Notes: a model not told the origin generated them from the sequence alone. Shown: positions 38,077 through 46,945, numbered from the stretch's first letter. The stretch is DNA of 64,000 nt from a virus (IMGVR_UViG_3300046460_000148:2195-66194); one strand, 5' to 3'. Numbers and translations: made by a program.

Positions 38077-39015
38077 TTATTCCGCGACCGTCACGCCGAG
38101 CGCCCGGAGCCGCCGGTTCTTGATATTCAGGCAAAGTTTCTGGTCATCCTCGGCCTCTTGGAAGCGGGCCATAGGGTCCATCTCGGTCCAGATTTCCTCG
38201 ACCGTCTCCGCGTCCGGCGCCTCAGTGAGACGATCACGCAGCTCATCGAAGAAGGACCAGTCAACATCCGCGTCGGTCTCGGCGCCGGATGTTTCCTCGG
38301 CACCCGCCCCGGACGTTTCCTCAACCACACCGTCGATCATCGGGCCTTCGTCTTGTTCCGCCTCCTCGGCGGGCGTTTCCGTTCCGGCGGGCAATGCATC
38401 CGGCCGTGGCGGGCGCGGCGCCTGACGGACATCTGGGAGCGACGTGAGACGGTTCTCCGCGACTCGCTGCCCTTCCTCTTCATCGAAGATGCCGGCGAAG
38501 CCGAAAGCGTAGCGTGCGCACTGGATCAGCGACTTGTGCCGGAGCATCCGGTGGGCCATCTTCCACGGGTCGGTATCGCGCCAGCACTCGGACAGATATT
38601 CGGTGACCGCCGTGGGGTGGGTCCGGTCCTTCCGATAGATCGTGCACTCGCACGAATACAGGGCTCCGCTATCATCGTGCACCTCATTGAATTTGAAGCC
38701 GTCACAGGCCGGGTGCGAGTTGACGAGGTTTACCCAACCGTCGATCGAGACGATCGGGACAACGCCGCCGCCGCGCTTCGGATAGGCGAAGATTTCACGG
38801 GTGATCGGATTGAGTTTGTATTCCCGCGCGACCAGCAGGAAGGCGGCAAACTCTTCGCGGGTTAGCGGCCGGAACTGCTCCCCCCTCTTCGGCGCCGGCG
38901 AACATGTCGCCCGGACGGTTAGCTCAAACGCTTGCGGTTCCATGCCGAAGCGGGCGGCCATGTCATGCAGGACCGAGCGCGGTTGGTCCTGTCTGGTTGC
39001 GATTGCGGTATTCAT
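38077..39015 (-). CDS. bet: Red-beta/RecT single-strand annealing protein
   Basis: YKLNPITREIFAYP, PIVSIDGW, IYRKDR, RMLRHKSLIQCARYAFGFAGIFDEEE. Confidence 0.92.
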   Translation of the reverse strand: MNTAIATRQDQPRSVLHDMAARFGMEPQAFELTVRATCSPAPKRGEQFRPLTREEFAAFLLVAREYKLNPITREIFAYPKRGGGVVPIVSIDGWVNLVNSHPACDGFKFNEVHDDSGALYSCECTIYRKDRTHPTAVTEYLSECWRDTDPWKMAHRMLRHKSLIQCARYAFGFAGIFDEEEGQRVAENRLTSLPDVRQAPRPPRPDALPAGTETPAEEAEQDEGPMIDGVVEETSGAGAEETSGAETDADVDWSFFDELRDRLTEAPDAETVEEIWTEMDPMARFQEAEDDQKLCLNIKNRRLRALGVTVAE

Positions 39016-39168
39016 TGCATTGCCTTTCTTTGCCTCACCGAGCCTAGCCTAGCGCCACCTAGCAACGCCTAGCCTCACCGTTTCCACGCCTAGCCTTGCC
39101 GTTCGAAGCCCCGCCCCGCCATGCCGTTCCTTGCCTTGCCTCACCATGCCCATCCACGCCTTGCCCCG
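39016..39168 (-). repeat. GGY-NN pentamer tract (~30 units) downstream of RAMP-like gene
   Basis: 5-nt periodic GCC/ACC on + strand filling the intergenic space. Confidence 0.85.
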
Positions 39169-39178
39169 TTCGGGGTGT

Positions 39179-39787
39179 TTAAGCTGCCTGGGGCAGGCGA
39201 ACCGGGGCCTCCCGTTCCTCCTCCCAGCGCACGACGACGAAGCGGCCGAAGGGTCCTTTCGTCGCCGGCCGGAAGTCGCCCAGGCCGATGCGCTTGCCGG
39301 CGTCGTCAATGATCTGACGCATCAGCTTTTGGCTCATGATCGTGATGTCGAGATCGAGCACGAAATCCAGCCGCCAATCATCGAACAACGGTCTATGGGA
39401 CAGGATGCGCCCGCCGGTCGAAGGGATGCGGACGGGCCGCGTATCAACCCGCCAAGGCTGCTCGTGGATGATCGGAATTGTCGCACCTTCGACATCGACG
39501 CAGGAGAAGAGCATGGATGATTTTTGCGTCGTCACTTGGCTCTTGCCGACCTTGTGGAAGCGTCCGCCTTCGACAAGGCAGCGCAGCAAGTTCGGCTGGG
39601 GGATGACCAGTTCACCCTCAAGCCCGTGATAGAGTTTTGAGGACGCGATCTCCAGAGGTGTCCCGCGATCCGTTGTTGCGATTGAGGAGCGCGTCCCGCT
39701 CGTCGCTGCCTCGGCCGCCTCATCCGTGAAGCGATTGCAGAGGAGTGGCGTGATGCCTTCGATGTTGACTTGGATTTTCATGTTCAT
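39179..39787 (-). CDS. stand-alone RAMP/Cas7-like protein
   Basis: IQVNIEGITPLL (RAMP beta1), LVIPQPNL, RPLFDDWRLDFVL, Gly-rich loop GKRIGLGDFRPATKGPFGRF. Confidence 0.75.
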   Translation of the reverse strand: MNMKIQVNIEGITPLLCNRFTDEAAEAATSGTRSSIATTDRGTPLEIASSKLYHGLEGELVIPQPNLLRCLVEGGRFHKVGKSQVTTQKSSMLFSCVDVEGATIPIIHEQPWRVDTRPVRIPSTGGRILSHRPLFDDWRLDFVLDLDITIMSQKLMRQIIDDAGKRIGLGDFRPATKGPFGRFVVVRWEEEREAPVRLPQAA

Positions 39788-39800
39788 TCTCCGTTGGATT

Positions 39801-39904
39801 GACCTTGCTGCGTTTCCTTGCTTTGCCCCGCCTTGCCTTGCCTACCATTGCCTGACCAGGGTCTGCCGTGCCTTGCGTAGCCTTGCCGAGCCACGCCATG
39901 CCAC
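39801..39904 (-). repeat. GGY-NN pentamer tract upstream of RAMP-like gene
   Basis: GGC AT GGC GT GGC TC GGC AA GGC TA ... GGC AA AGC AA GGA on minus strand. Confidence 0.8.
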
Positions 39905-39908
39905 GAGT

Positions 39909-40136
39909 TTATCGCCTCGGCGGCGGCGGCCTCTCGTCCGAGTGCCGCGTCGAAATCATCGGCCGGCGTTCTTCGTGGCCGGGGTATGCTTTTGAGAAAG
40001 CCCACATCATTGGGACCAACAAGACCATTGCAGTGACGCACATGGCGGCGGGCAGAGTGCCCGTGATGTAAGCGGCGGCGATCAAGAGGCCGGCGCTGAC
40101 GCCGTAAATTCCCCAGGCGAGCATCTTCAAACCCAT
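39909..40136 (-). CDS. small membrane protein
   Basis: Two TM segments. Confidence 0.5.
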   Translation of the reverse strand: MGLKMLAWGIYGVSAGLLIAAAYITGTLPAAMCVTAMVLLVPMMWAFSKAYPGHEERRPMISTRHSDERPPPPRR

Positions 40137-40137
40137 C

Positions 40138-40449
40138 TCAATATCCCCTCGGCGGAACGTAGAGGCAGATGGTCCTGGACGTGTCCAAGCCACCGGAGCT
40201 ACACCAGTGATATTCGCCATCGGGCGACTGCCTGATCCGGGTGTCGGTGTAGCCGAGCACTTCGCCGGTGCTGGAAATCTGGTAGCCCATCGGCGTCTCT
40301 TTGACCCGGACGCCGGGGTCATGATTGACCTCGCGGCAGTCCATGCCGGAGCAGCATCGGAGGTCATACCGCCAGCCAGCGGGAGCGTCGTGGGCCTGAA
40401 CCGTGCCGGCGATAAGACCGGCGGCGATGACGAAATTCATGCTGAACAT
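40138..40449 (-). CDS. secreted Cys-rich hypothetical protein
   Basis: Signal peptide (AHD), GWRYDLRCCSGMDC, SPDGEYHWC. Confidence 0.65.
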   Translation of the reverse strand: MFSMNFVIAAGLIAGTVQAHDAPAGWRYDLRCCSGMDCREVNHDPGVRVKETPMGYQISSTGEVLGYTDTRIRQSPDGEYHWCSSGGLDTSRTICLYVPPRGY

Positions 40450-40465
40450 TTCCGAATCTCCTGAA

Positions 40466-40524
40466 ACCGCGCCTTGCTTCCGCCTCGCCGTGCCTGACCG
40501 CGCCAAGCCCTGCCTAGCCCAGCC
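40466..40524 (-). repeat. short GGY-NN pentamer tract (~10 units)
   Basis: GGC TG GGC TA GGC AG GGC TT GGC GC GGT CA GGC AC GGC GA GGC GG. Confidence 0.75.
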
Positions 40525-40528
40525 TTTT

Positions 40529-41539
40529 TTAGACGGCTCGTTTTTCCTCGATGATTTCCATGCCGGCGACGGTCCTCTGTTGCCGCGCCAGCCGGTTGGC
40601 AATCCGCTGGGCCGTTTCCTTGAGTTCTTCGTCATCCATGATCGCGGCCAGGAACGCTTCGAAGTCCGTTATCAGCCCCGTGCGATAGGTCCGGAGCGAC
40701 GTCTTCTCGCCGGTGGGTCCGGCCTGGGGAGGACGGAATTCGGCGTCACGCTCCGCCTCCTTGGCGGCGGCTACCTTGGCGCCGGCCTCGCGCTGGGCGT
40801 CCGGGCTGTTGGCCTTCCGCGCCTCCTCTTCTGCCTCCTGCCGCAACCGCTCGGCCTCTATAGCCTTCTGGGCGGCGCGCTCGCGTTCAAGCCGCTCCTG
40901 TTCCCTGAGCCAGACCGTCGCGCGCCGCTTGAGCAGCTCCGCATAGCCGGCCGGCTGCTCGCGTAGTTCCCGCCACCGCGCGTCGACCTTTTTCACGGCG
41001 ACGACCAGAGGGGCCTTCTCGACGGCGTGGAGTTGGTCCGCGCGGTTGCCGATGCTCCGGAGACGCTTCAACAAGGTCGCTTCACTATCGGCCTGATCCT
41101 TGGTCGTGAGCGGCGCTTTCAAAGCGTTATCGACCAGTGCCTTTTCACCGACGAACTCAGCCATCAGCGCATCGAATGGGTCGGCCTCACCGGCGGCGGC
41201 AGAGTTATGCCCTATGCCGGACGCCGCGACTTGTTCGGGTTGATCGGCCCAACCGCCGCCGGCTACCGCCCGGTCGAAGGCTGCTTCGGTAATCGGGTTT
41301 TTGCACGCCCACAGCCAGAGGTCCGGAATGTTCTCCGGGATGACTGCCTGCCCGGAGCGCGCGGCGCACCAGACGCCGGTTTCGTCCTGCCAGAACTGGA
41401 CGGGCTCCCACGCTTGACCCTTCCGGCGGACCCGGAAAAATCCAGTCCACGGAAGTCCGTCATGGACGGCAAGCGCGCCTTTCCCGATCTTCGAAGGATC
41501 GGCGAGCGCTAGCCGCCACTTTTCCCAAGGGTCTGTCAT
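40529..41539 (-). CDS. coiled-coil early phage protein
   Basis: 336-aa ORF, first gene of leftward operon. Confidence 0.65.
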   Translation of the reverse strand: MTDPWEKWRLALADPSKIGKGALAVHDGLPWTGFFRVRRKGQAWEPVQFWQDETGVWCAARSGQAVIPENIPDLWLWACKNPITEAAFDRAVAGGGWADQPEQVAASGIGHNSAAAGEADPFDALMAEFVGEKALVDNALKAPLTTKDQADSEATLLKRLRSIGNRADQLHAVEKAPLVVAVKKVDARWRELREQPAGYAELLKRRATVWLREQERLERERAAQKAIEAERLRQEAEEEARKANSPDAQREAGAKVAAAKEAERDAEFRPPQAGPTGEKTSLRTYRTGLITDFEAFLAAIMDDEELKETAQRIANRLARQQRTVAGMEIIEEKRAV

Positions 41540-41576
41540 CTGGAGGTTTCTCCCGTTTTTTCTCCGATGGGTTCAT

Positions 41577-41626
41577 GAAAGCAAATCTTGCTCGCCCCGA
41601 CAAGTGGCCGGGCAAGAAAAAATTGC
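41577..41626. promoter_or_regulatory. putative OL operators
   Basis: GAAAGCAAATCTTGC (41577) and GCAAGAAAAAATTGC (41612) resemble the sites between cI and cro. Confidence 0.5.
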
Positions 41627-41718
41627 ACGAAGAGGCTAACTCATTCGCTGGCTGCATAAATTTTATTGGAAGGGGCGGCCGAGGGGCTATTGCCACGCCT
41701 CGGCCGGAAGATGGGTGA

Positions 41719-42153
41719 TTATAACCCTGTTAGGCTAGTAACACGGGCCGCGTCCTGCTTGGCGCGGATGACTTCAATGTCGTCTTCCGTCAGCAAGACG
41801 GGGATGGGTGCACGGTTGGGGAATTGAAGCAGGTAGCGATATGACCTCGTTGCCGGATCATACTGGACATAGCTGTTTTCCACGTCGGGCCGGGAGCCGC
41901 GCCGGAGCATCATAGCCACCTGCCGCGCATGCAATGATGATAGCCGGGATTGGAGCACCATCTTCGCGGCGCCCTGGCTTGCCTCATGGAAAACCCAGGC
42001 GGCTACATCGACAAGCCGAATTAGTGCGGACATCTGTTGTCCGTCTTCAGTTTCAACACGCATGAGCGCTTCGCCGCTCCGCAAGCTCGTGATACGAAAA
42101 GCCGCCAACGGTGACACGACGTCAGGCGACTGCAAACTGCACCTCTGTCCCAT
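41719..42153 (-). CDS. hypothetical protein downstream of cI
   Basis: ORF co-oriented with repressor; start uncertain. Confidence 0.5.
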   Translation of the reverse strand: MGQRCSLQSPDVVSPLAAFRITSLRSGEALMRVETEDGQQMSALIRLVDVAAWVFHEASQGAAKMVLQSRLSSLHARQVAMMLRRGSRPDVENSYVQYDPATRSYRYLLQFPNRAPIPVLLTEDDIEVIRAKQDAARVTSLTGL

Positions 42154-42156
42154 AGC

Positions 42157-42624
42157 TCATTGATCCTCTTGCGATTTTGGGGTTTTTCCCTTTAGTTTTG
42201 ACTGCTCTTTCCTAGCCTCAAGAGACCGTAGGCGGTTATCGATCATCGCTTGGAAATGCTCATAGAGGGGGTCGTATTCTTCGGGCGGCAGCAATTCCAA
42301 TCTTGCGTCTATGCTCGGCTTCACCACGGGGCTACCTGCCCCGGTCGTGAGCCATGCTATTGAAATGGTGAAGGTCTCTGCTATTCGTTCGAGATTGGCG
42401 CGCTTGACGCCTTTCCCTACCTCCCAATTCCCCACGGCTCCGCGCGTCACGCCTAGCCGGGCTGCGAAATCGGCCTGTCGGTCGATCCCCAATATCTCGG
42501 TGCGGAGATAACAAACGCGCTTGCCGAGTTCGATATCGGCTTGCTGGTCGGCCTCCCGCTTTCCCATTTTTTTAGCCGCTGGTGCGTCGGCGCGGCCTTT
42601 GCCGAGAGGTTTCCCACTCGCCAT
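42157..42624 (-). CDS. CI-like XRE repressor
   Basis: QADFAARLGVTRGAVGNWEVG; divergent from Cro-like gene. Confidence 0.85.
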   Translation of the reverse strand: MASGKPLGKGRADAPAAKKMGKREADQQADIELGKRVCYLRTEILGIDRQADFAARLGVTRGAVGNWEVGKGVKRANLERIAETFTISIAWLTTGAGSPVVKPSIDARLELLPPEEYDPLYEHFQAMIDNRLRSLEARKEQSKLKGKTPKSQEDQ

Positions 42625-42662
42625 ACAGTTTTATTTCCCTCTAATTAATCAACTTGCCACAA

Positions 42663-42728
42663 GCAAGGTTACCTTGCCAATCAGATTTTTACAAAAAAAG
42701 ATTGAACTCTTGTGTAACGTTTGCTTTC
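42663..42728. promoter_or_regulatory. putative OR operators
   Basis: Palindrome GCAAGGTTACCTTGC (42663-42677) and GTAACGTTTGCTTTC (42714-42728) in AT-rich spacer. Confidence 0.6.
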
Positions 42729-42737
42729 ATGGCGCGC

Positions 42738-43085
42738 ATGGAACAGCGCCACAAAACGTTACCCGAAGACCCCCGAGAACTTGCCTGGGCAGAAGCGCGG
42801 GCACGGCTGGGCGGCCTCAAGCCGCTTGCCGCCAAGCTGGGAATATCCCGGCAGGCGATCAGCGTGTGGAAGATCGTCCCCAGCAAGCATGCCGTCAAAG
42901 TATCGGAAGAGACCGGCGTTTCGCTCCATGAATTGCGCCCGGACATCTATCCGGACCTCTACGGGCCGAACCATGAAAAGCCGGCAACCAGACCGGCAGA
43001 GGCTGAACCCGCCGAAGAATCCACGAAAGCAGTTAGCGAGACGACGGGCTTGCTCCGCCGTCTCATCACGTTCCCGCGCCGGTGA
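42738..43085 (+). CDS. Cro/YdaS-like regulator
   Basis: LAAKLGISRQAISVW...GVSLHELRPDIY. Confidence 0.85.
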   Translation: MEQRHKTLPEDPRELAWAEARARLGGLKPLAAKLGISRQAISVWKIVPSKHAVKVSEETGVSLHELRPDIYPDLYGPNHEKPATRPAEAEPAEESTKAVSETTGLLRRLITFPRR

Positions 43086-43185
43086 TGGTGGCACCTAAGC
43101 CGGCCGGGAATTAGTCACCGCACCCTTGCCCACCCCTGATTTCATGGCGGGTGCGGTGGCTACCAAATCCGAACAAGGAGCACCC

Positions 43186-43752
43186 ATGCACGCAAAAATC
43201 GGAGACAATTCGCACGAGCTGACGCCGGCCGAGACCAAGGCGCTGTTCATGCACCACTTCGACAAGGTCCTGAAACAGACCGAAATTTGCAAAGCCGAAA
43301 ACGCTATCCGGCAGAAGCTTCGCAAAGAGGCCAAGGCGGACGGCATCATCCTTTCCGACATCGATTTCGGGCTCCGCTGCGCTCAGATCGAGGACCCCCA
43401 GATCATCATCGATGAGCAGAAGCGGCGCGCTGAAATCGGCCGGTTCTTCGCCTTGCCGATCGGGGCGCAAACCGAACTGGATTTCGACCGCATGCCGGCA
43501 GTCGATCGCGCACGAGTATTGGGTGAAGCTGCCGGATTTGCCAGCAAGAACGCGGACACGGTCCCCTATGACGAAAACTCCGATCAAGGCCGGGCATGGC
43601 TCGAAGGGTGGAAAGACGGGAACATGCGGCTCGCGGAAGATTTCCAGACTGCCCACCAAAAAAAGAGCGCTAGCCGCAACGATGCCGACACCGCATCCGA
43701 TGACGGCGAAAACGACCCTGACAATGATGATGAGCCCGATGAGGCGGCATAG
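43186..43752 (+). CDS. hypothetical protein
   Basis: AAGGAG RBS; KIGDNS...AKADG...WLEGW. Confidence 0.65.
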   Translation: MHAKIGDNSHELTPAETKALFMHHFDKVLKQTEICKAENAIRQKLRKEAKADGIILSDIDFGLRCAQIEDPQIIIDEQKRRAEIGRFFALPIGAQTELDFDRMPAVDRARVLGEAAGFASKNADTVPYDENSDQGRAWLEGWKDGNMRLAEDFQTAHQKKSASRNDADTASDDGENDPDNDDEPDEAA

Positions 43753-43760
43753 GCGCCGCC

Positions 43761-44192
43761 ATGACCCATCCTGACTGTGATGAACGGAGCAAATGGAATG
43801 ATGCCGATCGAGGCCGCGTCGCGGCGATGCTCAAGCAGGGCCTGTCGCGCCGTGAGATCGCCCTCAAGATGGGTATCACCCGTAACGCTTGCGGCGGCCG
43901 GATTTACCGCGACGATGATTTGCGAGCCGTCGCGCCGGGCCGTCCGCCGTCCAGGCCGAGAAGGGTCGTGCCAGTGATGCCGCCCCCGGACCTCCCCCCG
44001 CCGGTGATGCGTCGAGTGCCGCTGAAAGACCTCGGCCAAGACGAATGCACGTGGCCGATTACCACGGCTCCAGATCGCAGGGTGATCGGCGCCTTTCTCT
44101 TCTGCGGCGCCGAGACGGAACCGCTGGCGATGTGGTGCCGCTATCACGGGCAGCTTGGATATGTCCCGCCAAAGGAGCGCCGTCATGGGTAA
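43761..44192 (+). CDS. gcrA: GcrA-family cell-cycle regulator
   Basis: GLSRREIALKMGITRNAC.GRIYR; LKDL...ECTWPI...FCG...WCRYH. Confidence 0.85.
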   Translation: MTHPDCDERSKWNDADRGRVAAMLKQGLSRREIALKMGITRNACGGRIYRDDDLRAVAPGRPPSRPRRVVPVMPPPDLPPPVMRRVPLKDLGQDECTWPITTAPDRRVIGAFLFCGAETEPLAMWCRYHGQLGYVPPKERRHG

Positions 44193-44739
44193 ACGCTCCG
44201 CATTCCCGCGCAACAAACATGACGCCTATCAGACGCCGTATCCGGCAATCCCACCGATCATCCCCCACCTTCGCGCCGAGAATATCTCGTCGTTCGTGGA
44301 GCCCTGCTGTGGCAAGGGGCAGCTCATTGATTTCCTCCGCTGCTTCGGCGTCTACTGCCGCCTCGCCGGCGATATCCAGGAAGGCTTCGACGCGCTGACT
44401 TGTGACCCGCATCTCCTGGCCGGCGCCGACGCCATCATCACCAACCCGCCTTGGACCAGGGCGATCATGCACCCGATGATAGCCCGGTTCTCTCTGATCG
44501 CGCCGACATGGCTCCTCTTCGATGCCGACTGGGCGCATACCAAACAGGCGGCTCCTTACATCGACTACTGCTCCAAGATCGTGAGCGCCGGCCGGCTTAA
44601 ATGGATGCCCGGAACGAAGCACACCGGGAAGGACAATGCCGCTTGGTATCGCTTCGATCGGCGCCACACCGGCGGCCCGGTGTTCTTCGGCTGGTCCTCA
44701 AATCAAATCGGAAAAAGTTACGCGGAGGCCGCCGCATGA
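44185..44739 (+). CDS. amino (probably N6-adenine) DNA methyltransferase
   Basis: DAYQTP, VEPCCGKG, IITNPPW. Confidence 0.8.
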   Translation: MGKRSAFPRNKHDAYQTPYPAIPPIIPHLRAENISSFVEPCCGKGQLIDFLRCFGVYCRLAGDIQEGFDALTCDPHLLAGADAIITNPPWTRAIMHPMIARFSLIAPTWLLFDADWAHTKQAAPYIDYCSKIVSAGRLKWMPGTKHTGKDNAAWYRFDRRHTGGPVFFGWSSNQIGKSYAEAAA

Positions 44740-44972
44740 GCGCGCGCATGACACCCGACGAAATCCGCCAGCAGGCAATCAGCGTCATGAAGAGCGGCGG
44801 GAGGGAAGTCTGCGAGCGCGCAATCACGAAATGGCTGCGGGGCGACTACGGGGACGACTACGGCATGATCAACGCCTATGTCGCCAACTGGCAGGACACC
44901 GCGCGCGAGATTTCGAGGCTCACCTCATCTTCGGCTGGTCCTCAAATCAAATCGAAAAAAGTTACGCGGAGG
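44684..44972 (+). repeat. 45-bp direct repeat (44684-44728 and 44928-44972)
   Basis: TCTTCGGCTGGTCCTCAAATCAAATCGRAAAAAGTTACGCGGAGG, one mismatch. Confidence 0.9.
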
Positions 44973-44975
44973 TAG
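44736..44975 (+). CDS. hypothetical protein between direct repeats
   Basis: ATGA overlap; RBS lies in the repeat. Confidence 0.55.
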   Translation: MSARMTPDEIRQQAISVMKSGGREVCERAITKWLRGDYGDDYGMINAYVANWQDTAREISRLTSSSAGPQIKSKKVTRR

Positions 44976-44979
44976 CGGC

Positions 44980-45834
44980 ATGAACGTTCACCCATTAGCA
45001 GCGATGTTTCCCATGCTCCCGGACGATGAGCTGAACGCGCTCGCTGAAAGCATCAAGGAGCACGGGCAACGCCATCCCATCCTGATCGGAGAGACCGCCA
45101 CCGAGGACGGTGAACTCGTTGAGGTCATTGTTGATGGCCGCAACCGTTTTGAGGCATGCCGCAGGGCTGGGGTTGAGCCCAAGTTCGAGCGTCTGAACGG
45201 AGTTGACGTTCGGCAGGTGATCCTAGCCGAGAACGTCGAGCGGCGGCACATGACCAAGGGCGCGCGAGCGATGGCTGTCGCGATGCTTTACCCCCAGGCC
45301 GAACGTGGGCGAGGAAAAAAAGACCCTGCAAAAAATGCCCAGAAAGTGGGGCTTTTTGGTAATGAACTCCTCCGCCAAGCTCGCACTGTTCTCGATCATT
45401 CCAAGCCGCTAGCCGAATCCGTGCTAGCCGGGGTCAAGCCGCTCGACCTCGCCTATCAAGAGGCCGCGAGGGCAAAACAGGCGGCAGATTCCGAAGCTGC
45501 CCGGCTGGACCGTCTCCGGGAGCAAGCCCCTGACCTAGCCGACCTTGTAACAGAGGAGCGCTTTTCATTGAACGAAGCGCTAGCAGCGGCCGAACAGCGC
45601 CGGATTGAGGAACTCGATCGTCAGCGGGCGGCTACCTCCAACCTCTCCCGCCTCTATTCCAGTCTTCATCCCCGCACCGCTTCACCATCGGATTACGCGG
45701 AGATGATGTTCAGCGGCATCAACCCGAAGTTCTGGCCCACTGAAGGTGAAGCCCTGTCGCCGGACGGCCTCAAGCGATGCGCCGCCGTCCTTTTAGCAAC
45801 TGCTGAAATGTTGGAGAAAGGATCATCCCAATGA
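44980..45834 (+). CDS. ParB/Spo0J-like protein
   Basis: HPLAAMFPML, LAESIKEHG, IVDGRNR, ENVERRHMT. Confidence 0.8.
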   Translation: MNVHPLAAMFPMLPDDELNALAESIKEHGQRHPILIGETATEDGELVEVIVDGRNRFEACRRAGVEPKFERLNGVDVRQVILAENVERRHMTKGARAMAVAMLYPQAERGRGKKDPAKNAQKVGLFGNELLRQARTVLDHSKPLAESVLAGVKPLDLAYQEAARAKQAADSEAARLDRLREQAPDLADLVTEERFSLNEALAAAEQRRIEELDRQRAATSNLSRLYSSLHPRTASPSDYAEMMFSGINPKFWPTEGEALSPDGLKRCAAVLLATAEMLEKGSSQ

Positions 45835-46367
45835 GTAACCGCCGCCGGAGATCGACCGGGTCGATGCTGATGCCGGTCATTCACCGCATCGTGCGAAACC
45901 TGCCTGATGCGTCAATAGGCGTCTTTGAGGATACCCACGCGCGATTAGCGTTGGCGAAATACCTTCAAGAAAATCCTCAATATCGCATGACCGCGATGGA
46001 GCAAGCCAAGCGCGAGTATGCCCGCTATCAGAAAATCCTCAGTCCGCGCCCTGCATCGCCGGGAGGGTTTTATCACCCTGAGCGGTTGGTGCCCGCATCA
46101 CCCTCAAAGAGCATCTTCATGGCAAAGGTCGGGTTGGTGCAGTTGGATTTCTGGAAGGACAAGCATGAGGAGGCCAAGCGGCACGCCGACGAGGCGCATG
46201 CGAAGAAGACGGATTATTGGGAGACCCGCCGCCGCGCGCTGATCGAGACCGGGCTAACCAACCTCAATGACGTCGAGTGCGCTGTCTTCGGCTACAAGCC
46301 CCGGCCGGTCCCAACCATGCCGGATGAAATATTCACTGACGATGGCGATGATGAGGATGACGTTTGA
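45831..46367 (+). CDS. hypothetical protein
   Basis: Coupled ORF with acidic tail. Confidence 0.55.
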   Translation: MSNRRRRSTGSMLMPVIHRIVRNLPDASIGVFEDTHARLALAKYLQENPQYRMTAMEQAKREYARYQKILSPRPASPGGFYHPERLVPASPSKSIFMAKVGLVQLDFWKDKHEEAKRHADEAHAKKTDYWETRRRALIETGLTNLNDVECAVFGYKPRPVPTMPDEIFTDDGDDEDDV

Positions 46368-46945
46368 TGCTCATTCTCGGCCTCGACCAAAGCATCACCC
46401 GGACAGGCTGGGCGCTCTATCGCTTCCCCGGCGACGAGCGGCACATGAGGTGCGGCTCGTTCTCCTGTTCGGATGAGGCCGACGCCGACGCCAAGTGTGA
46501 GCGCTTCGCCCGCGAGATCAAGCGGCTGGTCGGACCCCAGGAAACGCGGCCGGATTTCATCTGCTGGGAGCGGGCCAAACGGCAAATCTCCGCCTATCCC
46601 AAAAAGCCGAACGCCGATCTGCTCGGCCTGGGCGGACAGGACGTTTGGACGGTCAACGCCGATCAGCTCCTCCTCCCGGAAATTCAAGGCATCATCCGGG
46701 CGGCAACCGTCTTCTATCGCGTGCCGCACGAATCGGTGTCACCGGCGACATGGCGGGCTGCGATATACGGCAAGGGCGGCGGCAAACTATCGCGCGTCGA
46801 TGCGAAGGCGCGGGCCAAGGAATACTGCCAGGCCCTCGGTATCAAGTTCAGCGGCGACGATCAGGCGGAAGCCGCTTGCATCGCCCGTTGGGCCGCGACG
46901 TGCTCTATCGCCTTCCGGATGCTTATGGCGAGGGCGGCGGCATGA
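46364..46945 (+). CDS. RuvC-like Holliday junction resolvase
   Basis: ILGLDQSITRTGWA, ICWE, VSPATWR, DDQAEA. Confidence 0.75.
   Translation: MMLILGLDQSITRTGWALYRFPGDERHMRCGSFSCSDEADADAKCERFAREIKRLVGPQETRPDFICWERAKRQISAYPKKPNADLLGLGGQDVWTVNADQLLLPEIQGIIRAATVFYRVPHESVSPATWRAAIYGKGGGKLSRVDAKARAKEYCQALGIKFSGDDQAEAACIARWAATCSIAFRMLMARAAA

Noticed and set aside
39049-40071. Short ORFs across the tracts flanking the RAMP gene (e.g. 39049-39309, 39784-40041)
   Set aside because: ARQG/ARLG repeats are translation artefacts of GGCNN periodicity and overlap better genes.
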